Assembly: GCA_036679065.1 (NCBI GenBank)
Contig: JAZIGN010000003.1
Coordinates: 224,001-288,000 of the forward strand
Direction: 5' to 3'
Length of the DNA: 64,000 nucleotides
Source of the DNA: Coprothermobacterota bacterium
Lineage (GTDB): Bacteria > Coprothermobacterota > Coprothermobacteria > Coprothermobacterales > Coprothermobacteraceae
This document shows, piece by piece, positions 30,051 to 40,533 of the stretch. The position numbers and the translations under genes were made by a program. Position 1 is the stretch's first letter. The number at the start of each line of letters is the position of its first letter. The notes under the pieces are model-generated. The model saw only the letters and a program-made list of their open reading frames with translations. It made no database searches and had not been told where the DNA came from.

Positions 30051-31785
30051 ACTCGTATTGAAGTCTTTGGATGTACATTTGGAGCAGTCTGTTCATGCGC
30101 TCTTCGTCCATTTTGCCCCAGCGTGTTGGTGTTTCAAAAGCTCTCTTCGGAAACTTTTCGTTCTGCAGTGAGTAACCCAGTTTTTGCTTTATGCGTATCC
30201 TGGTAAAGAAGGTTTCTTCAGCCATTTTGTCCAGATCGGCATCTGTGAAGGGTATGCCAATGGCGTTTAAGGCCTTAAGTACTGTTTCTCTGTCATACAC
30301 CTTCCTTGCAAACAAGCAGATGACCAATGACGTGAGCATACACCTTTCTTTCTCTTCCTTTATGATATAGTCTACAATCTCTTCATCGTTCAGCTCTTTA
30401 GCACTTTGGTCGTACTGATAACCAGCATTGCACAGATGTGAGTGCCGAGCTCCAACGGTTTGGCCGAGCGCGAAAGCGTATCCAGTGTGGTATCCTGCCA
30501 TTTCATTACCGCCATAAACTAGTGCAAAATCTTTACCTCCGTAAACTTCTGTGGCTTTAGCTAAGCCGAGCCCCAGCACGTTGTAAAAGTCATTCTTTCT
30601 CTCAGCTAAGTAGTGTACTGCTTTCTTGTAACCATCCGTATTTCCGAATTCTAAAGGTACCATGGTTTGATCAACGCTGATTAGCCCTCTTTCCAGGGCC
30701 TCTGTCGCCCAAGCTAACACCACACCCGTGCTCATGGCATCCAACCCAGTTTCTTCCACTTCGTCGATGAGCTCCAGAACTTCACTAGCTGAGCTTGTGC
30801 CCAACAAACTGCCCAATGCATATATGAGTTCGTGGTCGTAGGATACCGCCAATGATTCGTATTCATAACCTTTATCAAACAGCCTTCTGAATTGTCCTAC
30901 ATGAATACAGCCAATGGGACAGCCCACACAGGATACTTTTCTAACCAGCGTCTGTTCCGCGAAGGTTTCGCCCGAGATGTCATCAGCATGCTCGAATGTG
31001 GACTGCTGTAGGTTTTTGGTAGGCAGGGAGTTAATTGCGTTTAGCACCTTAATGTTTATGGGAGTTCCAATCTCGTGGTACTTCGCCATGAGGTCTGTTT
31101 CCACTACCTTTTTATACAGCCAGCGGAAGGTGGTGTAGTAGTCTTTAAAGTTACGTACAGGAATGTCTGTTTCACCTGTTATGGCTATGGCTTTTAACTG
31201 TTTGCTTCCGAATACGGCTCCCAGTCCTAACCTTCCAAAGTGCCTGTAAGTGTCTACGTTGACTCCAGCGAAACTAACCAGGTTTTCACCCGATACACCG
31301 ATACGCATGATGCTGCGTTTACCTGGTATGCCTTCACGCTCTCTAATAATCCTTCCTACTTCATCAACACCCAGGCCCCAAAGACCACGGGCATCTTTGA
31401 ATTCCACGGAATGGTCAGAAATGCTTAAGTAAGTAGGCCTTTTTGCTCTTCCGGTTATCACAATGGCATCGTAGCCGGCGTTTCTGATGGCCATGGCGGA
31501 CCGACCACCAGCATGGCTTTCACCGTATTCGCCTGTGAGCGGTGAAATGAACGTGGCAACGGTCTTAGTAGCCACTGGGAAAATTGTTGATAAAGGACCT
31601 ATGGCAAAGACGATGGGCTGCTCTTCATGGAGGGGAGGCAGCTCTGGATGCATGTTTTCCTCAAGTAGTTTTGCTGCAACTCCGGTCCCACCTAACAGAT
31701 GAAATAGATCTTTTCGTTCTTCAACAGAGACTTTTTCTTTGGTTAAGTCCACATACAAGACTCTTATGTGATCAGCTCCGAGCAT
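30025..31785 (-). CDS. aor: Aldehyde:ferredoxin oxidoreductase (W/Mo)
   Basis: SPLTG, GRLGLGAVFGSKQLKAI, CVGCPIGC, GLDAMSTG. Confidence 0.92.
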   Translation of the reverse strand: MLGADHIRVLYVDLTKEKVSVEERKDLFHLLGGTGVAAKLLEENMHPELPPLHEEQPIVFAIGPLSTIFPVATKTVATFISPLTGEYGESHAGGRSAMAIRNAGYDAIVITGRAKRPTYLSISDHSVEFKDARGLWGLGVDEVGRIIREREGIPGKRSIMRIGVSGENLVSFAGVNVDTYRHFGRLGLGAVFGSKQLKAIAITGETDIPVRNFKDYYTTFRWLYKKVVETDLMAKYHEIGTPINIKVLNAINSLPTKNLQQSTFEHADDISGETFAEQTLVRKVSCVGCPIGCIHVGQFRRLFDKGYEYESLAVSYDHELIYALGSLLGTSSASEVLELIDEVEETGLDAMSTGVVLAWATEALERGLISVDQTMVPLEFGNTDGYKKAVHYLAERKNDFYNVLGLGLAKATEVYGGKDFALVYGGNEMAGYHTGYAFALGQTVGARHSHLCNAGYQYDQSAKELNDEEIVDYIIKEEKERCMLTSLVICLFARKVYDRETVLKALNAIGIPFTDADLDKMAEETFFTRIRIKQKLGYSLQNEKFPKRAFETPTRWGKMDEERMNRLLQMYIQRLQYEYENYSSRK

Positions 31786-31789
31786 GTTC

Positions 31790-32194
31790 TTACGCCTCCT
31801 CCATAGCTAAGCATTCATGTGGACAAAGCTGCACACATGCTCCACATTGTTTGCAAATGATAGGTTTTTTAGCTTGCTTGTCCATGGCAATGGCTCCCAC
31901 AATGCACGCTGGCACGCATTTCTCGCAGCCAATACATTTCTTCGCATCAAATAAGACGCCTCCTCCGGGTCGTGGCGTCAGAGCCCGTGTTGGGCACGCC
32001 TCTGCGCACGCTGGTTCTGAACAACCCACGCAGATGACAGCTGCGAACTGACTCTGAAGACCCCCCTTTGTCTTGACCCTGATGGCGCTCTTTGTTAGCG
32101 TGTGGCTATGGAAGTTCAATGATGCGCAACCTATCATGCATTCAAAGCATCCAATGCATTTGTTCATGTTTTTCACCTTTAGTATTTTGGGCAC
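31790..32194 (-). CDS. 4Fe-4S dicluster protein (AOR small subunit)
   Basis: Multiple CxxCxxC..CP motifs. Confidence 0.92.
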   Translation of the reverse strand: MPKILKVKNMNKCIGCFECMIGCASLNFHSHTLTKSAIRVKTKGGLQSQFAAVICVGCSEPACAEACPTRALTPRPGGGVLFDAKKCIGCEKCVPACIVGAIAMDKQAKKPIICKQCGACVQLCPHECLAMEEA

Positions 32195-32408
32195 TACGAT
32201 TACCTCCCAAGCGTTATTTGTTTCACGATTACATGATAACCTGCTTCTATGCGTTTTGTTGTTTAAACGTTTATGAAACGAGCTTGTGTTTTGTGTTTGA
32301 AGTTGTGTGAATGGGCTTACTACACCGTCAAGTGAAGGAGCTCCATTTTAGCCCATAACGGCGCCCGGTTCTTATTCTGTTTTGTGCTAAACTCATGGTT
32401 GGTCAACC

Positions 32409-33026
32409 ATGGGAATGAAAGAGCTGCTTTTCTTGTTCTTTTGTTATTTCTTGGGTTCAGCGAACACGGCTCTTTTTGTAACTTGGGCTGTAAAGGGTAT
32501 GGACATAAGACATTTCGGTGACGGGAATGCTGGTTCAACTAATGTGTTTCGCCATGTTAGCAAGCCCTTGGGAATACTTGTTTTCTTTGCAGATTTCCTA
32601 AAAGGTATGATCCCTTTCTATGTGGGTTCCATATTGGCGTTACCTGCTTATGTGCTGGCGGTGGGTGGCTCACTTGTCGTTGTAGGTCATGATTTTCCAT
32701 TGTTCTTTGGTTTTAGAGGAGGAACTGGCATTGCATCAGTTTTCGGTGGTGTGTTTGGCGCTGCTCCCATGATTGGGATTCAGTTATTCGCATTCATCAT
32801 CATGATTTTCTCCGCTTGCTACATATTCCAAGCTCACTTCTTTGGTTTCTCGTATCTCGAAGAAGGTGAGGCCGCTGGTTTTCTGTTTCTCATCTACCTT
32901 GTGCTGAGTAACGGCGATTCCATGCTAAAGATGTACTTTTTCCTTTCTCTTCTGGTAATTGTGTTCAGGCAAAAAGAAAAAGTTGTTGAGATATTTAGCA
33001 GCAGGCTACAAAGAGAGAAGCGGTAG
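32409..33026 (+). CDS. plsY: Glycerol-3-phosphate acyltransferase PlsY-like
   Basis: DIRHFGDGNAGSTNVFR, DFLKG, GHDFPLFFGFRGGTGIA. Confidence 0.85.
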   Translation: MGMKELLFLFFCYFLGSANTALFVTWAVKGMDIRHFGDGNAGSTNVFRHVSKPLGILVFFADFLKGMIPFYVGSILALPAYVLAVGGSLVVVGHDFPLFFGFRGGTGIASVFGGVFGAAPMIGIQLFAFIIMIFSACYIFQAHFFGFSYLEEGEAAGFLFLIYLVLSNGDSMLKMYFFLSLLVIVFRQKEKVVEIFSSRLQREKR

Positions 33027-33078
33027 TTGAATGCATTAACATCTCTTTCAAATGTGAAACAAAAAGTTACTCTTTTCT

Positions 33079-33525
33079 CTAGCTACTCTTTTTGCTCGTA
33101 TAAAAGTAGTCTAAAAACTCAGCGGGCGACAAGATTTTAATTTCGTGGAACTCTTTTAAGGGCAATATGTGTTTTTTATCACCCGAGACTAAGTAATCAA
33201 CCTTTCCAGCTACTGCGCATTCTAATATGTGGTTATCAGTTTTTTTGGCATCAATGATTGATATTGTTATCTCTGGTTCAACCATAATTGCGTATTCGTT
33301 TATGCTCTCTATTACCTGGTCAACCATGTGTTTATCCCAGCCGCAGCGGTTAAGGAGCGTACGCTCTAACTCTTCCTCAATGAAAGGAGAAATATAAACC
33401 TCAATTGACTCTTTCCACATTAGATCCAAAACTTTCCTAGGGATTCCGCCGAAGTGAAGAGCGGAAACAAAAACGTTTGTATCAAGAACTACTTTCGGTT
33501 TTTGTTGTCTATTCCCTTTCGGCAT
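33079..33525 (-). CDS. PIN-domain toxin
   Basis: VVLDTNVFVSA, DNHILECA, YLVSGDK. Confidence 0.9.
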   Translation of the reverse strand: MPKGNRQQKPKVVLDTNVFVSALHFGGIPRKVLDLMWKESIEVYISPFIEEELERTLLNRCGWDKHMVDQVIESINEYAIMVEPEITISIIDAKKTDNHILECAVAGKVDYLVSGDKKHILPLKEFHEIKILSPAEFLDYFYTSKKSS

Positions 33526-33823
33526 CTATTATTTCTTCAATCTGATCTTCGGTTATTCCTTTTTCTAAGGCTTTCTGTTCAGCGTAACGATAAATCTGCG
33601 CCCATTTTTCTTCAGCTATGTATCTTCTTATCGCTTCTCTTATCAGCTCACTTCTTGTTCTACTTTCTTGTTTCGCTAGATCGTCTATCATTTTTCTCAT
33701 TTCAGGTGGTACGGAGAAAGTCAGCACCTCTGTTTTCCTAGTGCCACTTCTTTGTGTTCTATCAGGAGAAAGCATCTTAACTAGTATTCTATTGCTTTTT
33801 CTTCTTCCTACCGTTTGATTCAC
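33509..33823 (-). CDS. Ribbon-helix-helix (CopG) antitoxin
   Basis: LTFSVP...IDDLAKQESRTRSELIREAIRRY; overlaps the PIN gene. Confidence 0.88.
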   Translation of the reverse strand: MNQTVGRRKSNRILVKMLSPDRTQRSGTRKTEVLTFSVPPEMRKMIDDLAKQESRTRSELIREAIRRYIAEEKWAQIYRYAEQKALEKGITEDQIEEIIDAERE

Positions 33824-33846
33824 TTTGTTTCACCTCCCTTGGTGAA

Positions 33847-33863
33847 GTAATACAATGTATTAC
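33847..33863. promoter_or_regulatory. Palindromic operator of the RHH-PIN operon
   Basis: GTAATACA-A-TGTATTAC perfect inverted repeat just upstream of the antitoxin RBS. Confidence 0.6.
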
Positions 33864-34405
33864 AATACGTTACCTATTAACATTATAGGACAAAAAATAG
33901 TGATGTCAACTACTTTTACAAAGAACGGATAATCGTAACCACTAAACGGCTGACCTAAGGTACTTGAATGAAGGAAAACATTGTGCCACTGAAAATGTAG
34001 TAAGTGGCTTGGTCTAGAAACACCTTGCTGGAGACAAAACACAACCTCTCCAACAACGTCCAAAATTTAGCTTACGCTTTTGCAAAGCGTGAAGTGTAAT
34101 GAATTTCACTTTTAGAGTCATTGGGGGTCTCACTCTGGCAACGTTAACAAGTACATGACATAACATAACTATTTACTGTGTTAGCAACACTTTGCACTTA
34201 GGTGGCGTATAATACTAATTATCTAAACCTGGAAAGCGCATTAGCACACCAGTTAGGAAGCTGCTGCGCGCCAATTATTCAACGGTTGGACAGTAAACAG
34301 TGTTTGGAAGCAGAATTACGGGGGTTTCGCTACATCTAAAGGGATGAAAGGCGTACATTGCTTTTTCTCATAACGATGCGCCCCAGGACAAGGGGTGATA
34401 GAGAA

Positions 34406-35167
34406 ATGAACGGGAAATTGCATGGTAAAGTAGTAGTCATTACCGGAGCAGGTTCCGGCATAGGTAGGGCGGCTGCCCTATTGTTTGCCAAAGAGGGAGC
34501 TAAGGTTGTAGTAGTTGATTACGTAGAGCAGGCGGCTCAAGAAACAGCAAACCTTATTCAAAATGCAGGTGGCAACGCCATCGTTGTTACTGCGGACGTC
34601 TCACGCTGGGATGATGTGTGCCGGGCTGTTGATACGGCTGTACAGCACTTTGGTCGACTTGACGTCATGGTGAACAATGCAGGTGTTTTTGATGAATTCA
34701 GACTTTGTTTGGACACCGATGATAGCCTGTGGGATCGTATTATCAATATCAACCTTAAAGGTGTGTTCTACGGCTGTAAGCGTGCCATTCAGCAATTTCT
34801 TGCTCAAGGTGGAGGAGGAGTAATCGTTAACACAGCCTCAGTAGCGGGTCTGGGTGCCATGGCTGGTGGCACTGCCTACACTGCCTCAAAGCACGGTGTT
34901 ATCGGACTAACCAAACAAATCGCTTGCGAATATGCCAGCCAAGGCATTCGCGTAAACGCGGTGTGCCCAGGAGGCATAGTTACCAGTATGACAAAAGATC
35001 TCATATCCGACCCTAAGACGGATCAGTTGATAAAACAAACCACGCCGCTTGGACGTTGGGGTGAACCAGAAGAAATCGCAGAAGCCATGCTTTTCCTAGC
35101 CAGCGATGCGTCCAGGTACGTGACCGGGGAAGCCATGCGTGTGGATGGAGGCTGGCGAGCAAAATAG
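34406..35167 (+). CDS. Short-chain dehydrogenase/reductase
   Basis: TGAGSGIG, NNAG, YTASKHG, NAVCPG, VDGG. Confidence 0.95.
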   Translation: MNGKLHGKVVVITGAGSGIGRAAALLFAKEGAKVVVVDYVEQAAQETANLIQNAGGNAIVVTADVSRWDDVCRAVDTAVQHFGRLDVMVNNAGVFDEFRLCLDTDDSLWDRIININLKGVFYGCKRAIQQFLAQGGGGVIVNTASVAGLGAMAGGTAYTASKHGVIGLTKQIACEYASQGIRVNAVCPGGIVTSMTKDLISDPKTDQLIKQTTPLGRWGEPEEIAEAMLFLASDASRYVTGEAMRVDGGWRAK

Positions 35168-35432
35168 CACGACTAATTCTTACCGTTTCTATGAACTTGT
35201 GCTTAGCGCATGCATGAAGCTAAGTTATAACTCTGTTGAAGCTAAACCATAATCATGGTTTGATTGTGGTTGTCTTTTAGAAATTCAAGATTGTGTTTTG
35301 CGTCCTGCTTTCATGCTGTTTAGTGCAAAATGAGTCCCTTGGGTGGCATCACAGACAAAACCTCAGCCTCACACTTAGTTATTGGTCAAGCCAAAGTTCG
35401 ATTAGAATATAAGCGGGAAAGGAGGTTGTGCT

Positions 35433-36056
35433 GTGGAAAGTAACAAGAGTGGTTGGTACATTCTCTTGATCGTTTTACTTGCTGGAGTGTTGCTTTCGAC
35501 TTTAAGCTACTTGTCGTCATCATCTTGGAGATGGAAAACTCCACCTGAAGGTTCTAAGCAAGAATACACGTACGACCAAACTAGCCCTGCCTACAATCAG
35601 CCAGAAGAGTCGGAGTCAAAGCCACCTTGGGTAATTAAGCAACCTACACCTCCATTTGCTCCAGTTAAGAGTTGTTATGGAGTTGGGGAAACTGTGGAGG
35701 CTGATGGATTGTCATTCACACTACGGGATGCCTCGGTTTCGCAGTACAATGAGAAGGATTTGGTAGTACTTGACTTCTTTATCGAGGACATATCAAATGA
35801 ACATGAGCATATCTCTTGGGCGAGCTTTGATGCTTTTGTTGATGATTGGGCAGTTGATGCAGAAATATTTAGCTCGGTGCCTGGCCTGTCTATAGACCAA
35901 TTGTTAAGTGCGGATCTAACTCCTGGTAAACGTACACAGGGAAAAGTAGCTTATAAGCTCAATAAAGGATGGAAAGTGTTGGAACTTCAGTACCTGTTTT
36001 ATTCTGATGGTCAAAAAAAGATTGTTTTTTGCGTCACTCCTGACGATGTTAAGTAA
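35433..36056 (+). CDS. Membrane-anchored DUF4352-like protein
   Basis: N-terminal TM, VGETVEADG, LTPGKRTQGKVAY Ig-like pattern; GGAGG RBS. Confidence 0.65.
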   Translation: MESNKSGWYILLIVLLAGVLLSTLSYLSSSSWRWKTPPEGSKQEYTYDQTSPAYNQPEESESKPPWVIKQPTPPFAPVKSCYGVGETVEADGLSFTLRDASVSQYNEKDLVVLDFFIEDISNEHEHISWASFDAFVDDWAVDAEIFSSVPGLSIDQLLSADLTPGKRTQGKVAYKLNKGWKVLELQYLFYSDGQKKIVFCVTPDDVK

Positions 36057-36094
36057 GCTTTACTGGTTTTCTTTAGCAAGAGGTGGTGCGGGAT

Positions 36095-36826
36095 TCAACT
36101 GGCAGTTGTTTGCTGAGCTCTTCTAAATGCAAGCGTCATTCCAAGAATTATCAAAACTTCTCCTGCAAAGAACAAATACCAGTTGTAATGGGCGGGAACA
36201 AACTTGGAAATGATTTGCTGGAAGTTTGGGTCCTTAGCCAGAGCCCATATACTGATGGGCAAACCTTCACTCAAAAGAAAAGCAATGTAGTCCTTTATGA
36301 ATGAATACAATATGACCAGTGCCCCACCTATCATGAGCACCCAGTCAACAGACTTTATCTTGACACTTTTGCCTTTCTGTTGTAGAAGCAGCGTAATGCA
36401 TCCAAATACGATCATGGTCAAAGAACAGATAACAGGCGCGAGTACGGGACTGACCCAAGGTACCGGAATGAAAAACAGCACATCCCAAGTCAGAATTGAT
36501 GTGGGCCAGTCTAAAAATACCTTCAAGAAAACGTAGTAGAAGATGTCCCAAAACCCGAACATGTAAAGGAAGTAAGCAAAACATTGAAGAGCATTCTCGC
36601 CTGTAGCCATGCTAACGCTAACAAGCATGACAATGGTTGCTAACTCCCTTGTTGATTCAACTACAAGAATTCTTGGCGATGCGGGTTTCAAAGGAAGTGT
36701 TAGCCCTTCTGGGTAGTAAAGTTGCCTTAAATAGACTACTACGGCAGCTTCCAGTAATCCCATGGCTATGCCAAAAATCGCCAACGCGACCAGAGTTTTA
36801 CTCTCTTTAGTAATTGACTTTTTCAT
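36095..36826 (-). CDS. Hypothetical integral membrane protein
   Basis: Multi-TM with EAAVVVYLR, RELAT, WDIFYY, DVLFFIPVPW. Confidence 0.75.
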   Translation of the reverse strand: MKKSITKESKTLVALAIFGIAMGLLEAAVVVYLRQLYYPEGLTLPLKPASPRILVVESTRELATIVMLVSVSMATGENALQCFAYFLYMFGFWDIFYYVFLKVFLDWPTSILTWDVLFFIPVPWVSPVLAPVICSLTMIVFGCITLLLQQKGKSVKIKSVDWVLMIGGALVILYSFIKDYIAFLLSEGLPISIWALAKDPNFQQIISKFVPAHYNWYLFFAGEVLIILGMTLAFRRAQQTTAS

Positions 36827-37440
36827 AAAAATAACCAAACATGTAAGCTGCTCTTTTGAGTAATATTACCAGCTAAGCAATAACTTCTTGTTGAAGTAGT
36901 ATTCTACCTGGAATAATCGTGATGGCTGAACAAAATCAGACTATTGTGACGCACCCAGAAACAATGAGCAAAAAACACGGGAAAGGATCATTAACATACT
37001 CACCTTTTGAAATCTAGTCTACCAGATATCAATTAAACGTAACAGCAAACTATGCACCTGTAATTTTCGTACTGAATCTGTGATATTGGTAAGTTGCACG
37101 CCAGTAGTTACATGTCTTCTATCTGTATATTTATTTTTTGGCAAAGCCGTAAATCCCTTCATAAGTTATAAGCAAGTTCACGTCTATGAAAGTCCCACCG
37201 AAATTAAGTTCCTGAATAATGATGGAGGTGGTTGGTTCTTTACCAATAGTCCATTGCTAGCAAGAAAAATGTTCTCGCACCCACAAAAAAAATATAGTAA
37301 TTTGAATGTTGGCACGTCTCTTTTGAGCAGCTTCCCCGTGAATCCTACTCTAAGGGGCCATCGGAGGAGCTGGTGCTCATCAGAGGACTGGCTGCTTACT
37401 ATATGTGGAAAAGGAGTGATGTATGTTAAGCCTACGTAGC

Positions 37441-39090
37441 CTATTTTTCTTCCACTATGTTTCCTTCTGTTGTAATTACATACGTTCTATCGCAAAAATC
37501 GTTTAGGTTTGTTAGGTGGCTTATGATTATTAAGGTTTTGTCATCAAATTCAGACTTAATAAGCTTTAGGACCAAATCTGCATAATCCTTATCTACAAAA
37601 GCAAGGGGTTCATCTAAAATGTAAACGTCTCCATTGCGGTTAATGCCGCGTAAGAGCTGTATGAGCTTTTTTTCTCCACCGGATAGTTTGCTCCCCGGAT
37701 TTTTCGTAGGAATATCGCAGTTATCTTTTAAAATTGTTTTTACGTCAATACTGCTGCAGCGCTTTTTGGCGCTACTTCCGAAAAGGGTCACGTTTTCCTC
37801 GAATGTACCGCGGAATATATAAGGCTCTTGCGGAACAAGGATGATCTTGTTGCGGAGAGATTCCTTCGTAAATGTTTTGTAGTCGATGCCATTGATAAAA
37901 ATGTTGCCACTGCTTGGAGTAATAATCCGCGTGAGAAGATTACAAAATGTCGATTTTCCACTACCGTTTGGTCCGACAATTCCTATTTTTTCTCTTCTAC
38001 GTATGATTAAGTTGACATTGTTAAGCACCATCCTGCTATCGTAGGAAAAAGAAACGTCTTTAAATTGAATGCTTTCTATAGGCTCTGACAAAACAACTTT
38101 CCCTTCCTGTTCCTGCGGGATTGAAAGCAGTTCCTTTATTCTGTTAACAGAAAGCATGCTTACTTTGAGCTCTTTTGGAAACTGGGTGTAAAATTCCATT
38201 GCTTCCCACAGGTTTGAAAAGTAAATGACAAACGCAAAAAGACTACCGACGGTAAACGTGCCTTTGAAAACGTAGTAACCGCCAAGGATGTATACGATAA
38301 GATTCGCTACGTTCATAATGCCTGTAAAAAGAATAAGGTCGTAGAGAATGTCTAAAGTGGCGTAACTGAGGTTCAGCCCAAGGTATTTACTTAGAAGATT
38401 GGAAAGTCTTCGCGCGAAAATGTTTTCTGCGTTATTTGCTTTGATGTGGTAGGCTCCTGATACGCTCTCTTCGGTAAAGCTGTTAACCTCTTCTTCTGTC
38501 TTAAGCACATTGGATTTTACTGCCTTCATTTTTGGTAAGATTGTCCGCGCTATAACCAAGAATAATGGAAAAAGGACCAATAATGCCGCAGAAAGGACAG
38601 CATTCAACTTGATCATGATCACTGCGATAGCACCGACATAAAAAATGTTTATGAAGAATAACACTGGGTCATGAACGATCAAGTCATTTATGTTTTGTAA
38701 ATCTGCCGATTGCCGTTCAAGAAAGTATCCTGTCTCTTCCTTCCTCACGGAGAGGTAATCAGCATCTAAGATGCGCTGTAGCATGTCTTGCCGAAGGTCT
38801 GCGCTGATAAAAGTTTCAGTACGCTTTTCAAAGTAGTAGCGCAGGAAAAGAACTACAAGAAAAACAACTAAGCCAAGGATGTTCAACTTTGCATAGAAAA
38901 CAAATTCCTTAAAGTTTGTGCCCTTTTCAATAGTATCTACCAGCAACTTAATAAGAATAGGCAGTGCTACAGCGACAAGCTTGTGAAATGCCGTAGAAAG
39001 TATACATAAAACTATATACATGCGGTGTTTACTATAGTAAGGCTTAAAAAAATCGAAGATAAACTTGAAATCTGCAAGAATACCTGCCAT
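37441..39090 (-). CDS. ABC exporter, fused TMD plus NBD
   Basis: N-terminal TMD, GPNGSGKST, LSGGE, ILDEP. Confidence 0.9.
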   Translation of the reverse strand: MAGILADFKFIFDFFKPYYSKHRMYIVLCILSTAFHKLVAVALPILIKLLVDTIEKGTNFKEFVFYAKLNILGLVVFLVVLFLRYYFEKRTETFISADLRQDMLQRILDADYLSVRKEETGYFLERQSADLQNINDLIVHDPVLFFINIFYVGAIAVIMIKLNAVLSAALLVLFPLFLVIARTILPKMKAVKSNVLKTEEEVNSFTEESVSGAYHIKANNAENIFARRLSNLLSKYLGLNLSYATLDILYDLILFTGIMNVANLIVYILGGYYVFKGTFTVGSLFAFVIYFSNLWEAMEFYTQFPKELKVSMLSVNRIKELLSIPQEQEGKVVLSEPIESIQFKDVSFSYDSRMVLNNVNLIIRRREKIGIVGPNGSGKSTFCNLLTRIITPSSGNIFINGIDYKTFTKESLRNKIILVPQEPYIFRGTFEENVTLFGSSAKKRCSSIDVKTILKDNCDIPTKNPGSKLSGGEKKLIQLLRGINRNGDVYILDEPLAFVDKDYADLVLKLIKSEFDDKTLIIISHLTNLNDFCDRTYVITTEGNIVEEK

Positions 39091-39332
39091 GTTTAATTAT
39101 CTGCCTCTCAGTGTCCTAGCTAAGAATTATAAATAGTATAGCCGCATGGACGTGCTACTAATGTTTTTTCTGTAGTAATGAAAAATACGCTGTTAATCAT
39201 GCTTAGAGTTTCATGTTTAGCTGTAATCGGTAGCTTTTGTTCCCTTAAGCTGCGCTCTTAATTTATGAAACATGTACCGGTGGACACACTATAGAATTGT
39301 ATATGCAGTGTATTTTACAGGAGGCGAGAACT

Positions 39333-40415
39333 ATGCCCAGTAACACTGTTCGGGTTGGCATTATTGGCTGTGGAGGCATTGCGTTTGCCAAACACTTGCC
39401 CTATTTATCGCAAATAGATGGTGTGGAAATTGCGGGGTTTTACAACCCAACCGAGGAAAAAGCAAGAAAAGCAAAAGAGCAGTACGGCTCAAAGGATGCG
39501 AAAATCTACCACAGTTGGCAGGATATACTGGAAGATCCAAGCATTGACGTAGTTCACGTGCTTACACCTAACAAATTCCATGCAGAGATGACCATTGCCG
39601 CATTGAAATCTGGTAAGCATGTCATGTGTGAGAAGCCCATGGCAACCAACGCGCAGGATGCTCAGAAGATGGTGGAGGCGGCGAAGAAAAGTGGTAAGAA
39701 GTTCACCGTTGCATTTCAGAATCGGTTTAAGCCAGAGAATATGATGCTCAAGCAATTGGTTGAGCGGGGCGATTTAGGATGGATCTACTTTGCCAAAGCA
39801 AGGGCTTTAAGGCGCAGAGGTGTGCCTACGTGGGGCAGTTTCCTGAACAAGGATATGCAGGGTGGGGGAGCTTTAATAGATATCGGCAGTCATGCTTTGG
39901 ACTTGACTTTGTGGTTCATGAACAATTACCAAGTGAAAAGCGTTGTGGGAACTACCTATAACGTGCTTTCAAAGGAGGAAAATGCGGCAAACCCGTGGGG
40001 ACCTTGGGACCCAAGCAAGTTCCAGGTCGAAGAGTCTGCTTTTGGCTTTATTACCATGGCAGACGGTGCCACTGTGGTAGTGGAATCCAGCTGGGCTCTA
40101 AACACGGTGGATGAAGGGGAGGCACAAACGGTGCTATGCGGAAGTAAGGCTGGGGCCGACAACATATGCGGACTCCGGATAAACGGTGAGGATATGGGCA
40201 GTCTCTATTTAAATGATGTGGAGACACAACTTCACGGAGCTGCTTACTACGAGCCGCACGTAGTAGACCCGGGAAAACTGGAAATGGAGTCCTGGATAGA
40301 AGCTGTAAGGGAAGATAAAGAACCACTAGTAAAACCAGAGCAGGCTTTGGTGGTAACGCAGATCATTGATGCTATTTACCAGTCTGCGGCTACAGGCAAG
40401 CCTGTTTTGTTCTAA
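39333..40415 (+). CDS. Gfo/Idh/MocA oxidoreductase
   Basis: GIIGCGGIA, CEKPMA, GGGALIDIGSH. Confidence 0.94.
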   Translation: MPSNTVRVGIIGCGGIAFAKHLPYLSQIDGVEIAGFYNPTEEKARKAKEQYGSKDAKIYHSWQDILEDPSIDVVHVLTPNKFHAEMTIAALKSGKHVMCEKPMATNAQDAQKMVEAAKKSGKKFTVAFQNRFKPENMMLKQLVERGDLGWIYFAKARALRRRGVPTWGSFLNKDMQGGGALIDIGSHALDLTLWFMNNYQVKSVVGTTYNVLSKEENAANPWGPWDPSKFQVEESAFGFITMADGATVVVESSWALNTVDEGEAQTVLCGSKAGADNICGLRINGEDMGSLYLNDVETQLHGAAYYEPHVVDPGKLEMESWIEAVREDKEPLVKPEQALVVTQIIDAIYQSAATGKPVLF

Positions 40416-40533
40416 ATACGTCCGTCGCAAAAAAGAGAGGGCCTGCCCCCGTGACCCACTGTGAGAGGTGCGCGAGGGCAGGTGAGAAGGGCCGGTTCTT
40501 ATTCCCAACGTGGGAGGTGTGATAGCCCAGTTG

